Below are positions 29,694-39,677 of a DNA stretch of 64,000 nt, piece by piece. The notes under the pieces were generated by a model, which saw only the letters and a list, made by a program, of their open reading frames with translations, was not told the origin of the DNA and made no database searches. Made by a program: the position numbers and the translations under genes. This DNA comes from an uncultured Nitrososphaerota archaeon (GTDB lineage Archaea; Thermoproteota; Nitrososphaeria; Nitrososphaerales; CADDZS01): positions 832,001-896,000 of the forward strand of contig CAWCYI010000004.1 in assembly GCA_963799845.1 (NCBI GenBank). The letters are read 5' to 3'. How positions within the stretch are numbered: position 1 is the first letter of the stretch; the number at the start of each line of letters is the position of its first letter.

Positions 29694-32321
29694 TTGATAT
29701 TTCATGCATTCATTAATTTTTTTATAATCCGAAACGAGAATCAGTATATCGCGTCCACAACCACTATTAAAAAAAGTAGGAGCACATTTCTCGTTTCATA
29801 CTTGAATAGTTGTTTCGATAATTGGACTGATCGTGCTCGACCAACGAACTGTCGAATGATTCTTCTTACAAGTGCCTTACTCTTTATCTTTTTGAGCGTA
29901 ACTTTCATGTCTCCATCATTTGTAGAAATGAAATCCTCATCAGCTGTTGCTCAGACTGGACTCGCGTTGGAGTTGAGTGTCCGTCCTCCAGTACTTCCTG
30001 CCGATGGGGGCAGCTACCAAGCGATAGTTCTTGAACTCATGAATCTTACTTCCGGGAAACCGTACATTCCGGCGTCGGATGTTCCAATTTATCTTACGTC
30101 TTCGAGTCCCCAGACTGGCACGGTTCCCAGCGAAGTAACTTTCAGCGCCGGCAGTTTGTTTGAAGTCGTTAATTTCACTACAACAACTTTGCCCGGAAAA
30201 ACTACTATCAGCGGAGTAGCCTCAGGCTATCAACTCGGCAGCTTATCGGTGACCACTAAGACAATTGGAGGAATTCCCAATGCTTTGCAAGTTTTCTTGA
30301 GTCCTGATGTAATACCACCAGACAAGAGCGTTAATTCTCAAGTGATCGTTGAAGCAGTCGACGCCTTTGGGAATCCTGTGGATCTGGACAGCAGTTTGAA
30401 TGTTGCCTTGTCGTCCTCTGACACTCAGATTGGAACAGTTCCTTCGTCTCTTACTATTCCTTCCGGCCAAAGTTTTGGGACAACAGAGTTTTCGCCAACT
30501 TATATCGCGGGTGTGACAACAATTACTGCTTCCGCAGGAAATTATACCACCGGATCGGCAGTTATGAATACAGTAGGACCTATTGCTAGAAGATTGGTCT
30601 TATCGGGACCTTTGACTATTCCGGCAGCCTCGGGTCAAACTGCGCTTATCTCCATACAATTGCAAGACAACAATAGTCAGACCCCAGCGCTCGCTCCTTT
30701 GCCTGTAAGCTTGGTCTTAACAACTAACAACACTGCCGTCGCGGATGTGTCAAGCACAACTCAGACAATTCCTTCCGGCTCATCGTATACCACGATTACA
30801 ATAACTTCGGGAGGTGGTGCTGGCACAGCAAACATCACGGCTTCCGCTCAAGGTTATGTTAAGGGTTCAATTCTAGTTCAGGCCATCGCAGCATCACCCT
30901 CGCCCAATGAGCTATCAGAGTATTTTGTGCCGAACACCCTATTGCCTAACAATGCTACATATTCGGGTGCATTAGTGGTTCAGCTAGAATTTCATAATAG
31001 CACAAGCGGTACAACAGTGCCGGCAGTTGCTCAGAATCCACTGTCCATCTATGCACGGTCGTCAAATAATGCAACAATGCAGGTCGCGACGCAATTTCAG
31101 GGGAGCCAGAATTCCGGAATTATCAATACAGGTGAGTCAGAAGTAGCAATAAGTGTAGCATCCACGTTCTTACCCGGGACCTCTGAAATAACAGCTCAAA
31201 GTCCGGGCCTCGCATCCTCGACAGCAGGCCTACTGTCCTTTGGCCCTGCCCCAAATACTCTAAGTGTAAGTTTCGCTCCATGGACATTACTTTCTGACGG
31301 GAGGACCTATTCACCAGTGACGGTTGGTCTAATTGACAATTCGACAGGTCAGCCTGCCCGGGCACCGGTGAATACAATTGTAAATCTTGCTAGCACAATT
31401 TCGAGCGTTGGAAAAGTCGAAGGAAGTGTAACTATTCCTGCGGGTCAGACTTATGCAAGAGCAACATTCACAACTTTTGCCGTCAATGGCTCGACGCTGA
31501 TAACTGCTAGTGCATCGAACTACACGTCAACAAATGCAACGCTTAACTTAGTGACGAAGGCCGCCACAAGTCTAGGTCTTTATGCCACTCCAAGTTTGGT
31601 TCTCGGAAATGGACAAGAGTTTTCGAATATCGTAGTTCAGTTGCAAGACTCGAAAGGAAACCCAGAGAAAACAGATGCTCCTATCACGGTGAGGCTTTCA
31701 GTTCTAAACTCATCTGTAGGTTCGGTTCCACCTGAGGCCGTTATCCCAGCAGGGAATACATTCACACAAATAGAATTGAATTCTTCTTTGTTGGCAGGCT
31801 CTACAAATATCACAGCCGTGGCGACCGGTTTTCAAGCAGGACAGGCCGAATTCATGAGTTTTGAACTCCCCATGAATGTTTCATCATCTATCTTGAATCC
31901 ACATCTGTATCCTGGTGAACGCACGAATATCACGATCCTAGCCATGTCTGATGGGAATCCAATCTTTGGTGCCAACGTAAATTGGTCTATAGTTACAGGC
32001 TCATTACTTAGCACAGACAACTTAACAGACGCGAATGGGACTGCCACTGCAGTATATTCAGCAGGCAACCTTCCGGGCGCAAATCTTGTTACAGTGCAAG
32101 TTTCAAAACCAGGATTTTCCACGTTCGTTATTCAGACTTCGGTCAGAACTCTTAACGCCAGTGCCTCAGAGTCAGCGACAAAACCTTCTTTGCTAGATTC
32201 AAATATTCTGTTCATCCCAGTCTGGATTCTTATCGTCATTGCAATCGCGGCTCCTGCTGGAACATTTTTCTTCATTAGGAGAAGATCTGCTAAGGGCTAC
32301 ACGGTAGACGAGGAAGAGTAA
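29694..32321 (+). CDS. Invasin/Ig-like repeat cell-surface protein with C-terminal anchor (start likely downstream of 29694)
   Basis: Roughly 100-aa repeats (LPADG...VQLQD..GNP...V.LSSS...G.VP..VTIP.G), a Big_1-like TDANGTATA segment, then TM, RRR and an acidic tail. Confidence 0.85.
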   Translation: MIFHAFINFFIIRNENQYIASTTTIKKSRSTFLVSYLNSCFDNWTDRARPTNCRMILLTSALLFIFLSVTFMSPSFVEMKSSSAVAQTGLALELSVRPPVLPADGGSYQAIVLELMNLTSGKPYIPASDVPIYLTSSSPQTGTVPSEVTFSAGSLFEVVNFTTTTLPGKTTISGVASGYQLGSLSVTTKTIGGIPNALQVFLSPDVIPPDKSVNSQVIVEAVDAFGNPVDLDSSLNVALSSSDTQIGTVPSSLTIPSGQSFGTTEFSPTYIAGVTTITASAGNYTTGSAVMNTVGPIARRLVLSGPLTIPAASGQTALISIQLQDNNSQTPALAPLPVSLVLTTNNTAVADVSSTTQTIPSGSSYTTITITSGGGAGTANITASAQGYVKGSILVQAIAASPSPNELSEYFVPNTLLPNNATYSGALVVQLEFHNSTSGTTVPAVAQNPLSIYARSSNNATMQVATQFQGSQNSGIINTGESEVAISVASTFLPGTSEITAQSPGLASSTAGLLSFGPAPNTLSVSFAPWTLLSDGRTYSPVTVGLIDNSTGQPARAPVNTIVNLASTISSVGKVEGSVTIPAGQTYARATFTTFAVNGSTLITASASNYTSTNATLNLVTKAATSLGLYATPSLVLGNGQEFSNIVVQLQDSKGNPEKTDAPITVRLSVLNSSVGSVPPEAVIPAGNTFTQIELNSSLLAGSTNITAVATGFQAGQAEFMSFELPMNVSSSILNPHLYPGERTNITILAMSDGNPIFGANVNWSIVTGSLLSTDNLTDANGTATAVYSAGNLPGANLVTVQVSKPGFSTFVIQTSVRTLNASASESATKPSLLDSNILFIPVWILIVIAIAAPAGTFFFIRRRSAKGYTVDEEE

Positions 32322-32365
32322 GACGATCGAGACACGTTACATGACCGGGCGAATTAACGGCATAA

Positions 32366-32932
32366 GTGACACACTGCTTGAGCCACGAGAAGCCCTCCAG
32401 TCAACATGGAGGAAACAACGTAGTCGGATCACGTTCGATAAAATTTCACGTCCACCAAACCTCGAATAGAGCGGCGGGTAACAGGCCCTACGTTTATTGC
32501 ATCACGCGAGATGGACGGTTGCTTGTTTTCAAATTGGAAGCAAATACCGCGATCTCCGTAGGTGAATTTGCCGGGTTCACGAAAGGACTTCAAGTTTGGC
32601 TGCCAGTCCAGTGCAATAGCTGCAACTTGATCCAGTTTGTAGATCTTGGGACTGCATATGCTGACGAAACAACTTCCAAAGTAAATACTCTTGATACTGG
32701 TAGGGCCAGGCATTACGGGGGAAAACTCGAATGTGCAAGCTGCAAACAAGTTGTGAGAGTGCAGATACGCTTTTCATTTTACGCCTCTACTGCCACGTTT
32801 TCACTTGAAGAAATTGAGAACGGAACTATTGTTTTTGTAATTGGGATGCGTGAGTTTTTCAACTCGGCTAAAGAGTCCATCTCTCCAAACGGACACACGG
32901 TGCAGCAGGGATCTTTAATGCACTTTGGTTAG
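32366..32932 (+). CDS. Hypothetical protein with two CxxC motifs (Zn ribbon)
   Basis: CNSC and CASC; start uncertain. Confidence 0.55.
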   Translation: MTHCLSHEKPSSQHGGNNVVGSRSIKFHVHQTSNRAAGNRPYVYCITRDGRLLVFKLEANTAISVGEFAGFTKGLQVWLPVQCNSCNLIQFVDLGTAYADETTSKVNTLDTGRARHYGGKLECASCKQVVRVQIRFSFYASTATFSLEEIENGTIVFVIGMREFFNSAKESISPNGHTVQQGSLMHFG

Positions 32933-33202
32933 ACTTTCTAGCATTTATCTAACCGAGAATATTTCTGCAAGATTAAAGTTCCAAAAGCTTCGCGAGAGAC
33001 AGGAAGTCTTGGAGAGTTGACTATGATTAGAATAACATGGCCACTCCCTGCCGCGAAGTAAATTTGATTCTTGAAAGAAGGTAATTTAAGTAATTATTGT
33101 CCTTTTTTGGAAGATCTTTGATTAAGGAATTATCGATCTGATTTTAAAATCCATCAGGCATATGAACCCGAAATTACTTACGTTATAGAAGGTTTCTGAC
33201 CT

Positions 33203-33715
33203 ATGATTATCTCGCAAAAGCGATCGAAGAGAGGAGTTACTCCTGTCATTGCAACAATCATCCTGATCGCAGGAACACTCGTCTTAGCACTCGTCGTCGG
33301 AGCTTACACGTTTGGTCTGTTCGGTTCGAACGTGAAGACAGTAACACTCTCATCGGCAACACTCTACGGTGGGACAACCGCAACTACAGCTTCAGCAGCA
33401 ACGTCAAGCCTCACAATTGCGCTTAACAACCCAGGTTCAGCGACATACATCACTTCGGTGACCATGACGGGCAGTGGTATAGCAACTATCGCAGCGTGGG
33501 ACAATTCAACGCTAGCATCTTCGGGTGCTAACTTGATAGTCTTCACCGGAAGTTATCCAGGCAACAACGCGATGGCCGCTGGAACGGTCACATCATTTAC
33601 TTACTATCCGGAGAATGCTGCACCAGCACAACCGATCACTACAGGACAAGTCTTCAACTACGTCATTAACTTCGCAAACGGACAGTCCGTATCGGGTTCA
33701 CTGATTGCTCAGTAG
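33203..33715 (+). CDS. pilA: Major type IV pilin, copy B
   Basis: Same class III signal and mature sequence as copy A except for two variable patches. Confidence 0.9.
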   Translation: MIISQKRSKRGVTPVIATIILIAGTLVLALVVGAYTFGLFGSNVKTVTLSSATLYGGTTATTASAATSSLTIALNNPGSATYITSVTMTGSGIATIAAWDNSTLASSGANLIVFTGSYPGNNAMAAGTVTSFTYYPENAAPAQPITTGQVFNYVINFANGQSVSGSLIAQ

Positions 33716-33769
33716 AACGCTAAGCCTACTGAGAGGATCACGTGTCCCTCCTCCCCTTTTTTCTTATTC
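33227..33769 (+). repeat. 543-bp inverted repeat, copy B
   Basis: See copy A; includes a shared C/T-rich terminator-like tail. Confidence 0.95.
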
Positions 33770-33806
33770 CCCAAAAATCACGAAAATTATGATTATCGAT
33801 TTGATC

Positions 33807-33848
33807 GCAAACGGACAATCTGTACCAGGTTCGCTGATTGCTCAGTAA
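33807..33848 (+). pseudogene. Third pilin 3'-end remnant
   Basis: gcaaacggacaatctgtaccaggttcgctgattgctcagtaa encodes ANGQSVPGSLIAQ*, versus ANGQSVSGSLIAQ* in both full copies. Confidence 0.85.
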
Positions 33849-33990
33849 TTCGAGCAAAGAGACTTCGAAAGCTGTAACGCTCGAATTCTAAGAGCCAGAA
33901 TGAAGCATCTGGTTAATGGCGAGATGCTTCGAAAATTTTTGTTCTCTGCCAGAGTCGCTAATTTGACCTTGAAATATAGATCATAGTGAG

Positions 33991-34554
33991 TTAAGACGCC
34001 TCAGGATACTCCATCGGCATGATTTTCTTTGTAGAGTCAACAATTTCTTCATTCGAGCGGCTCCTCCTTTCGTTTCTGAAATAAGCTATTGCGAGCGCAG
34101 CAAAACCAGTCAGTACCAGCGAAACCGATAAGGAAACAATCGACTGCGCAAACTGGAATATTCCGACGACTAAGGAAGGAAGATTTGGGACGTTGATGGT
34201 GTCTCCGGCGTACAATATGAGTGGAAAATATGCAAAGATGAATCCAACCATTGAACCAAAGAATAGTAAAAGAATCAGAGTGCTATAATTCTCTCGGAAA
34301 TGCGCTGTTATTCTCGACCTGCCCCATCCATAGATTATTACGAATACTAGGCAAGGAGCAAGAAGAAAAGAAACAAATGGCAACACTAGATAGTTGACAT
34401 AGTTTATCCAAATCGAATTTACATTTGATTTGAAAAGCAATTGAAGAACCAATTGACCAATTACTTGGTTAAACGCATAAATGGCTCCAACCAACAAACC
34501 CACAAAGAAAATTTCCCTTACATGACAGTTAACCCTAAGCTGAGGAAGGTACAA
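33991..34554 (-). CDS. Hypothetical four-TM membrane protein
   Basis: Four hydrophobic segments and a charged C-terminal tail. Confidence 0.65.
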   Translation of the reverse strand: MYLPQLRVNCHVREIFFVGLLVGAIYAFNQVIGQLVLQLLFKSNVNSIWINYVNYLVLPFVSFLLAPCLVFVIIYGWGRSRITAHFRENYSTLILLLFFGSMVGFIFAYFPLILYAGDTINVPNLPSLVVGIFQFAQSIVSLSVSLVLTGFAALAIAYFRNERRSRSNEEIVDSTKKIMPMEYPEAS

Positions 34555-34856
34555 TTGCAGTCAATGCAATATCCCCATAATCTACGATTTAGACGTGCCT
34601 ATACAAGACGTTTTCTTTATGCAAGGTACAACTGATCAGTACTTGAAATTTATCGTTCGAGGTTTGAAGAGCATCTCTAGCTTCGATTTTCCAATCTATT
34701 TCTGTTAAAATAACATGTAAGATCCCACTGTGTCATTGACACAATGACCTCTGATCTAGTTTCAGGCTCTCTAACCATTGAATGGAAATGGAATCCGTCA
34801 CAAATATGGATTTGATGATTGTGTTTTCAATCTACTATTGGATTTGATTTTCATTA

Positions 34857-35081
34857 TTGCCTAAATTAGAAGCTCTATACACAGCGAAGCCCATCAGTTG
34901 CAAGAGCGGATTCCACGATCCACCTGTTCTGGTCAATGGCTACTACGAATTTGCCACAGAAGAAAAGCAAGCCAGATTTTGGAAGTTCCTCTCGCCAGTT
35001 GAAAAATCAAGACTCATGAATGAATATCACGAGAGCGGCAAGTGCCTTCTTTGTTCAATAGATGAAGCTCTAATGCGGTAG
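34857..35081 (+). CDS. Small hypothetical Cys/His protein
   Basis: C..GFH and CLLC in a 74-aa ORF. Confidence 0.4.
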   Translation: MPKLEALYTAKPISCKSGFHDPPVLVNGYYEFATEEKQARFWKFLSPVEKSRLMNEYHESGKCLLCSIDEALMR

Positions 35082-35098
35082 CAAAACTTGAGATCGGA

Positions 35099-35497
35099 TT
35101 ATTTAGTCAAGACGAATTTTCGTTTCTGGTCTTTTCCGCGTTTCGTTGATCTGCTGCGAGAAGGTTTCTGTCGGTTTTCTCTCTTTACTGTCTTAGGTGA
35201 AGATGATTCAGTTTCAATCGGATCAAGAAGAATCTTGTTAATCGCAAAGCAGTTGGGACTAACCTCGTTGATAACCCATTCATCCTTCAACAAATGAATC
35301 TTTGCAAGAATCTCCGCAGCGTCAAGATCTGGAAACGACTTTTGCAGATCAGAGAAAGTGAAATCTAATTCGCCTTTGGATGCCCTCTTTTTCGTGAAAG
35401 CCATTATTCTCTCATAGGCTTCATCCGACAATAGCATACCACTTCTGGTTAAAGAATGACCCGATATTAAGGCACTCGGTTCCGTACTCCATACCAT
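35099..35497 (-). CDS. Small winged-helix-like protein with basic tail (start may be 35438)
   Basis: FTFSDLQKSFPDLDAAEILAKIHLLKDEWVINEV. Confidence 0.55.
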   Translation of the reverse strand: MVWSTEPSALISGHSLTRSGMLLSDEAYERIMAFTKKRASKGELDFTFSDLQKSFPDLDAAEILAKIHLLKDEWVINEVSPNCFAINKILLDPIETESSSPKTVKRENRQKPSRSRSTKRGKDQKRKFVLTK

Positions 35498-35743
35498 TTG
35501 TAAGTCAAGTTTGAGACTTTCTGGACATGAATCGAACTCTCTTACTTGGTATTGAAATATTTCCGGATTTCCAAAAGGAGAAATTCGGAATCAGTACCGG
35601 TCCTCCATCTCTGAGCTCAATCGTAGAAGTTCATAACCATTAATTTGTCGGCGAGCAGAAAGTTGAGAGATGTTCGTAGTAAACGTAGTTTCTTTTCCTC
35701 AAGGTTTGACAAATTTAGTCATTGCATAAAAAGTGTATAGTAA

Positions 35744-37453
35744 TTGAAATTGAAATTACCATTCGGCAGTTCGAGTAAGAAACAAACTCCTACCGATAAG
35801 CTGAACGAAACTGCAAAGAAGGCTCACAAAAAGACCTCGCCTAATGAGCCAATAATCGTTGAGGGGCCAATGATCGGGAAGATCATGCCAAAGAACTTTG
35901 AAGTCCTCGAACGTTATGCGCTCACACCCCCATTTGCCTACGCGGTTATTGCTGAAGACACGTCGATGAAGCTTCCATATTACTTCGTTGACGAACTGGA
36001 ACTCACTCTCAACGAAAAGTCACTGTACAACAATATCATCTCAGTCCTTCAAACCGAGCTAAAGGCCCCGAGAGATGACGTTGATCCGAAGAAATATTTT
36101 GCTGAACAGGCACGTATCATAGCAGATCGCTACAAGCTGACTCAGCAAAAGAGTGTCCAGGTATCGTGGGCGAAAATCCTGTATTACGCGGAAAGAGACC
36201 TCGTTGGATTCGGTGGAATAGATGCACTGATGCGAGATCCAAATATCGAAGACGTCTCGGTGGATGGCGCAGGGAAGGGAGTCTTCGTCTATCACAGGCG
36301 CTACGAAAGCATCGAAACAAATCTCACGTTTTCAAACGAGCAGAAGCTTGACGACATGATTGTAAGGCTCGTCCACATGTCGGGAAAGCACGTCTCGACA
36401 GCTTTTCCGATCGTAGACGCAACTCTCCCCGGAGGTCACAGGCTTGCTGCCACGTTCAGACGCGAAGTCTCTCCGCAGGGTTCGACACTTACTATCAGAA
36501 AATTCAGAAAAGATCCAATCACGATCATCGACTTGATCAATTTCGGCGTACTCGATTACGCGATAGCCGCGTATGCGTGGCTACTGATCGAAAACAGATT
36601 CACCGCAGTGGTAGTTGGGGCAACAGCCTCAGGAAAGACCACCTTCCTCAATGCGCTGCTCTCCATGATCAATCCAAACTCCAAGATCGTGACAATCGAA
36701 GAGGTCCAAGAAATAAACATCCACCACGTAAACTGGGCTCCTCTCATTTCAAGATTGAGCTACGGATTATCAGAGAATAACGTCGGAGAGGTTACATTGT
36801 TTAACTTGGTAAAGGCGGCAATGAGAATGCGTCCGGACATAATGGTCGTGGGAGAGGTAAGAGGTGAAGAAGCATATGCGCTCTTCCAGGCGATCTCAAC
36901 CGGTCACGGTGGTCTCGCAACTTTGCACGCGGAAGACGCGGGCTCTGCTATCCAAAGACTCACTTCGAAGCCGATGGACGTAGCTCCATCTTACTTGAGC
37001 TTCCTTGATCTTACATTTTCAGTTAGGCGTGTCGCCATACCAGATCCGACTAGCCCCGGCAACCCCAGGATCGTGAGAAGAGTAATTTCAGTAGACGAGA
37101 TAATAGACTCTACAAAATGGGTCCAGTCTTTCGTCTGGGATCCAAGCAAGGACAAATTCTACCAGTATCTGGACAAGAGTGTGAAGCTCAGAAAACTTGC
37201 CAAGGACTATGGAAAATCCATGGGTGACATAATGAAAGAAATCGCAAACAGAATTCAGGTTTTGCAGTGGCTCCGCTCGCGGAACATCAGAAACTACATC
37301 GAAATCAGTACAGTGTTCTCCCAATACCACGCAGACCCTCAAGGGGTCCTCTCAAAGATCAGAGTCGAGGCAATGAGCAAATCTGTCTTCGAAAAGGAAG
37401 ATGAACACGATGAGGATGGCGCTCTGATGGTCGAACCAAGCACCGAAGAATAG
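35744..37453 (+). CDS. pilB: Type IV pilus assembly ATPase (VirB11/ArlI-like)
   Basis: Walker A GATASGKTT, Asp box TIEEVQEI, RMRPDIMVVGEVRG, His box TGHGGLATLHA. Confidence 0.92.
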   Translation: MKLKLPFGSSSKKQTPTDKLNETAKKAHKKTSPNEPIIVEGPMIGKIMPKNFEVLERYALTPPFAYAVIAEDTSMKLPYYFVDELELTLNEKSLYNNIISVLQTELKAPRDDVDPKKYFAEQARIIADRYKLTQQKSVQVSWAKILYYAERDLVGFGGIDALMRDPNIEDVSVDGAGKGVFVYHRRYESIETNLTFSNEQKLDDMIVRLVHMSGKHVSTAFPIVDATLPGGHRLAATFRREVSPQGSTLTIRKFRKDPITIIDLINFGVLDYAIAAYAWLLIENRFTAVVVGATASGKTTFLNALLSMINPNSKIVTIEEVQEINIHHVNWAPLISRLSYGLSENNVGEVTLFNLVKAAMRMRPDIMVVGEVRGEEAYALFQAISTGHGGLATLHAEDAGSAIQRLTSKPMDVAPSYLSFLDLTFSVRRVAIPDPTSPGNPRIVRRVISVDEIIDSTKWVQSFVWDPSKDKFYQYLDKSVKLRKLAKDYGKSMGDIMKEIANRIQVLQWLRSRNIRNYIEISTVFSQYHADPQGVLSKIRVEAMSKSVFEKEDEHDEDGALMVEPSTEE

Positions 37454-37480
37454 AAGAAAAATCGGGCCCTTTGATTAAAT

Positions 37481-39382
37481 TTGCCAGATCCGGAAACTCC
37501 AATCCCAAAGGAAAAAGAAGAAGATACTCGACCAGGGCAGACCCTCGTCGAGCCAGAAGTAGTCAAGGAGCCAGAAGTAATCAACGAGCCAGAGGTTCGA
37601 CAGAAGACTAAGCTAAAACCAGCGAAACAGCCCAAAAGCGAAAAGAAGGTTAAGAAAGATGGGACGCAGAAACGTGGTTTTACAGAGAAATTCGTCCGGT
37701 TCTCATTAAGAATAATGAGTCGCCCGACTAAGCTGCTCTCTCCGCGCTTTCCAAAGTTGAGGGATCAAATACTGAGGTCGAGCATGTACACCTCAGCAGA
37801 CATTCTAATCTCGATGGGTCTTATATTTTCTCTGCTCAGTATTCCAGCGGCTATTGCCGGAGCATACATTTTGGTCCACGCTGGTCTGGGACTCTTTGCC
37901 ATAGGCATGGCGCCCATCCCAATAATACCTTTCATCATAATCATCTCGCTTCCAAGGATCAGCGCAGGGAGTAGATCGCAGGCATTAGATAATGAACTAC
38001 CATACTTGATTGGTTACATTACAGTGCTGGCAGGTGGAGGCATTTCTCCTTTCGTAACGCTGAGGAGAATATCGAAAGCAGATTACCTTTTTCCAGCAGC
38101 CGCCAAGGAAGCTAGAAGAATTCTAATGGACATCGAGATTTTCGGTCTCGACGCACTCTCGGCACTCGAGAGAGCCTCTAGAAACACACCGAACAAGACC
38201 TGGTCGGACTTTATCGGGGGATACGTTGCCGTTCTAAAGACTGGTGGAGACGCAGTAAGTTATCTGGAATCGAAGCTCAAAGAAATTTTCGCTTACAGCG
38301 AATCCAAAGTCCGGAGTGGTTCTGAGTTCATCGGGACGATGGCTGAAGCTTACATCATCACGACAGTCGTTATGGGAATCTCTCTCGTAATCCTGTGGGC
38401 AACTCAAAATCTGTTAGGCGGTATAACGACTGGAGGCGTTGGTGGATTAGGCGGAGCCACCCAGTTAAACCCATCCCTCATCGTATTATTCTCAGGGATG
38501 TTCGTTCCTATCATTTCACTGATATTCATCGTGGTTATAGGAAGCGCGCAAGTAAAGGAACCGTTCAGCTATGACAAGCCGTTTTATGTCTGGCTAGCTT
38601 GTCTTCCATTAATTGTGATCGCGTATCTAGTCCCGTTCGCCGGATTACCACAGTACACTCGTTTGGGGCTAGGTCTAATCGCATCCACTGCTCCATCATC
38701 AATTATTCAGATGAGATATGTGAAGGCGAAGAAATCGGTTGAATCAAAGCTAGCGAACTTTTTAAGAGATATTTCGGAAATAAGAAAAACCGGTCTCGCC
38801 CCAGAGAAGACGATCGAGCAGCTTGCGGGACGAAACTATGGAGGTCTTACTCCATACGTCCAACAGATTTCCACTCAACTTAGTTGGGGAACTCCCATCA
38901 GGACAGTGCTTCAAAATTTCTCAGCTTCCGTAAAGAGCTGGGTGACTAGGGCAATGGCGTTTCTGCTTCTCGAAGTTGTCGATGTCGGTGGAGGTTCTCC
39001 GAGGATGTTCACAAATCTTGCCGACTTTACAGAAAAGAATGCTCAGCTCGACAAGGAACGACGATCGATGATCAAACCGTACCTGATGATCCCTTACGTC
39101 GGCGCGATAATGGTCGTTGCAACAACCTCAATGATGATCTACTTCATCAATCCACCTGGGCTAGCTCAGGCAGGGGTTCCAGCGTTGGCGTCTCCGGCAC
39201 TGGTAAAAGCAGCTACGAATGTTCTTCTGCTATGCTCGTTCTTCCAAGCGTGGGTAATGGGCTTCGTCGCTGGGAAGATGGGAGAGGGCAGCGCAGCAGA
39301 CGGATTCAAGCACGCAACATTGCTAGTCATAATCAGCATCATCACGGTATACGTCTCGGCACTTTTCATCGGCGGCGCCTAA
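37481..39382 (+). CDS. pilC: Type IV pilus membrane platform protein (TadC/ArlJ-like, two T2SS-F domains)
   Basis: DNELPY...GGGISP and FLRDISEIRKTGLAPE repeats, multiple TMs, GFVAGKMGEG; directly follows the ATPase. Confidence 0.9.
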   Translation: MPDPETPIPKEKEEDTRPGQTLVEPEVVKEPEVINEPEVRQKTKLKPAKQPKSEKKVKKDGTQKRGFTEKFVRFSLRIMSRPTKLLSPRFPKLRDQILRSSMYTSADILISMGLIFSLLSIPAAIAGAYILVHAGLGLFAIGMAPIPIIPFIIIISLPRISAGSRSQALDNELPYLIGYITVLAGGGISPFVTLRRISKADYLFPAAAKEARRILMDIEIFGLDALSALERASRNTPNKTWSDFIGGYVAVLKTGGDAVSYLESKLKEIFAYSESKVRSGSEFIGTMAEAYIITTVVMGISLVILWATQNLLGGITTGGVGGLGGATQLNPSLIVLFSGMFVPIISLIFIVVIGSAQVKEPFSYDKPFYVWLACLPLIVIAYLVPFAGLPQYTRLGLGLIASTAPSSIIQMRYVKAKKSVESKLANFLRDISEIRKTGLAPEKTIEQLAGRNYGGLTPYVQQISTQLSWGTPIRTVLQNFSASVKSWVTRAMAFLLLEVVDVGGGSPRMFTNLADFTEKNAQLDKERRSMIKPYLMIPYVGAIMVVATTSMMIYFINPPGLAQAGVPALASPALVKAATNVLLLCSFFQAWVMGFVAGKMGEGSAADGFKHATLLVIISIITVYVSALFIGGA

Positions 39383-39677
39383 CCAAAGAACGGCGATCCG
39401 GGAGGAGCTGAATTGGAATATGCCAATTCAGACCGAACTCTTCATTCGTTACTTGGGCAGATGATTTCACTGGAAAGTTCGACGAACAAAGTGAACTTGA
39501 GTGTCAGTGCGGGTGCATAGTTGCTCGACTTCAGCGCTACTAGATCGTCACCCCTGAGAAAAACACGAAATAATCACGAAGATTCTGCGATTGGGTAAAG
39601 AAACTGTAAGTACCATCATCATTGTTTAGATTTTGCCGTACGCGTAGAACTTAGTACAGGTTACTCGGGTAAACTTC

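Noticed and set aside
26022-33556. Pilin pair as template and variable repeat of a diversity-generating retroelement
   Set aside because: Differences are not adenine-specific in either direction (for example aac/aat, act/acc, ggc/gct) and no reverse transcriptase is in the window.
20652-39382. Archaellum operon
   Set aside because: No arlF/arlG/arlH or chemotaxis genes lie beside the ATPase and platform genes, and the subunits look like pilins rather than archaellins.
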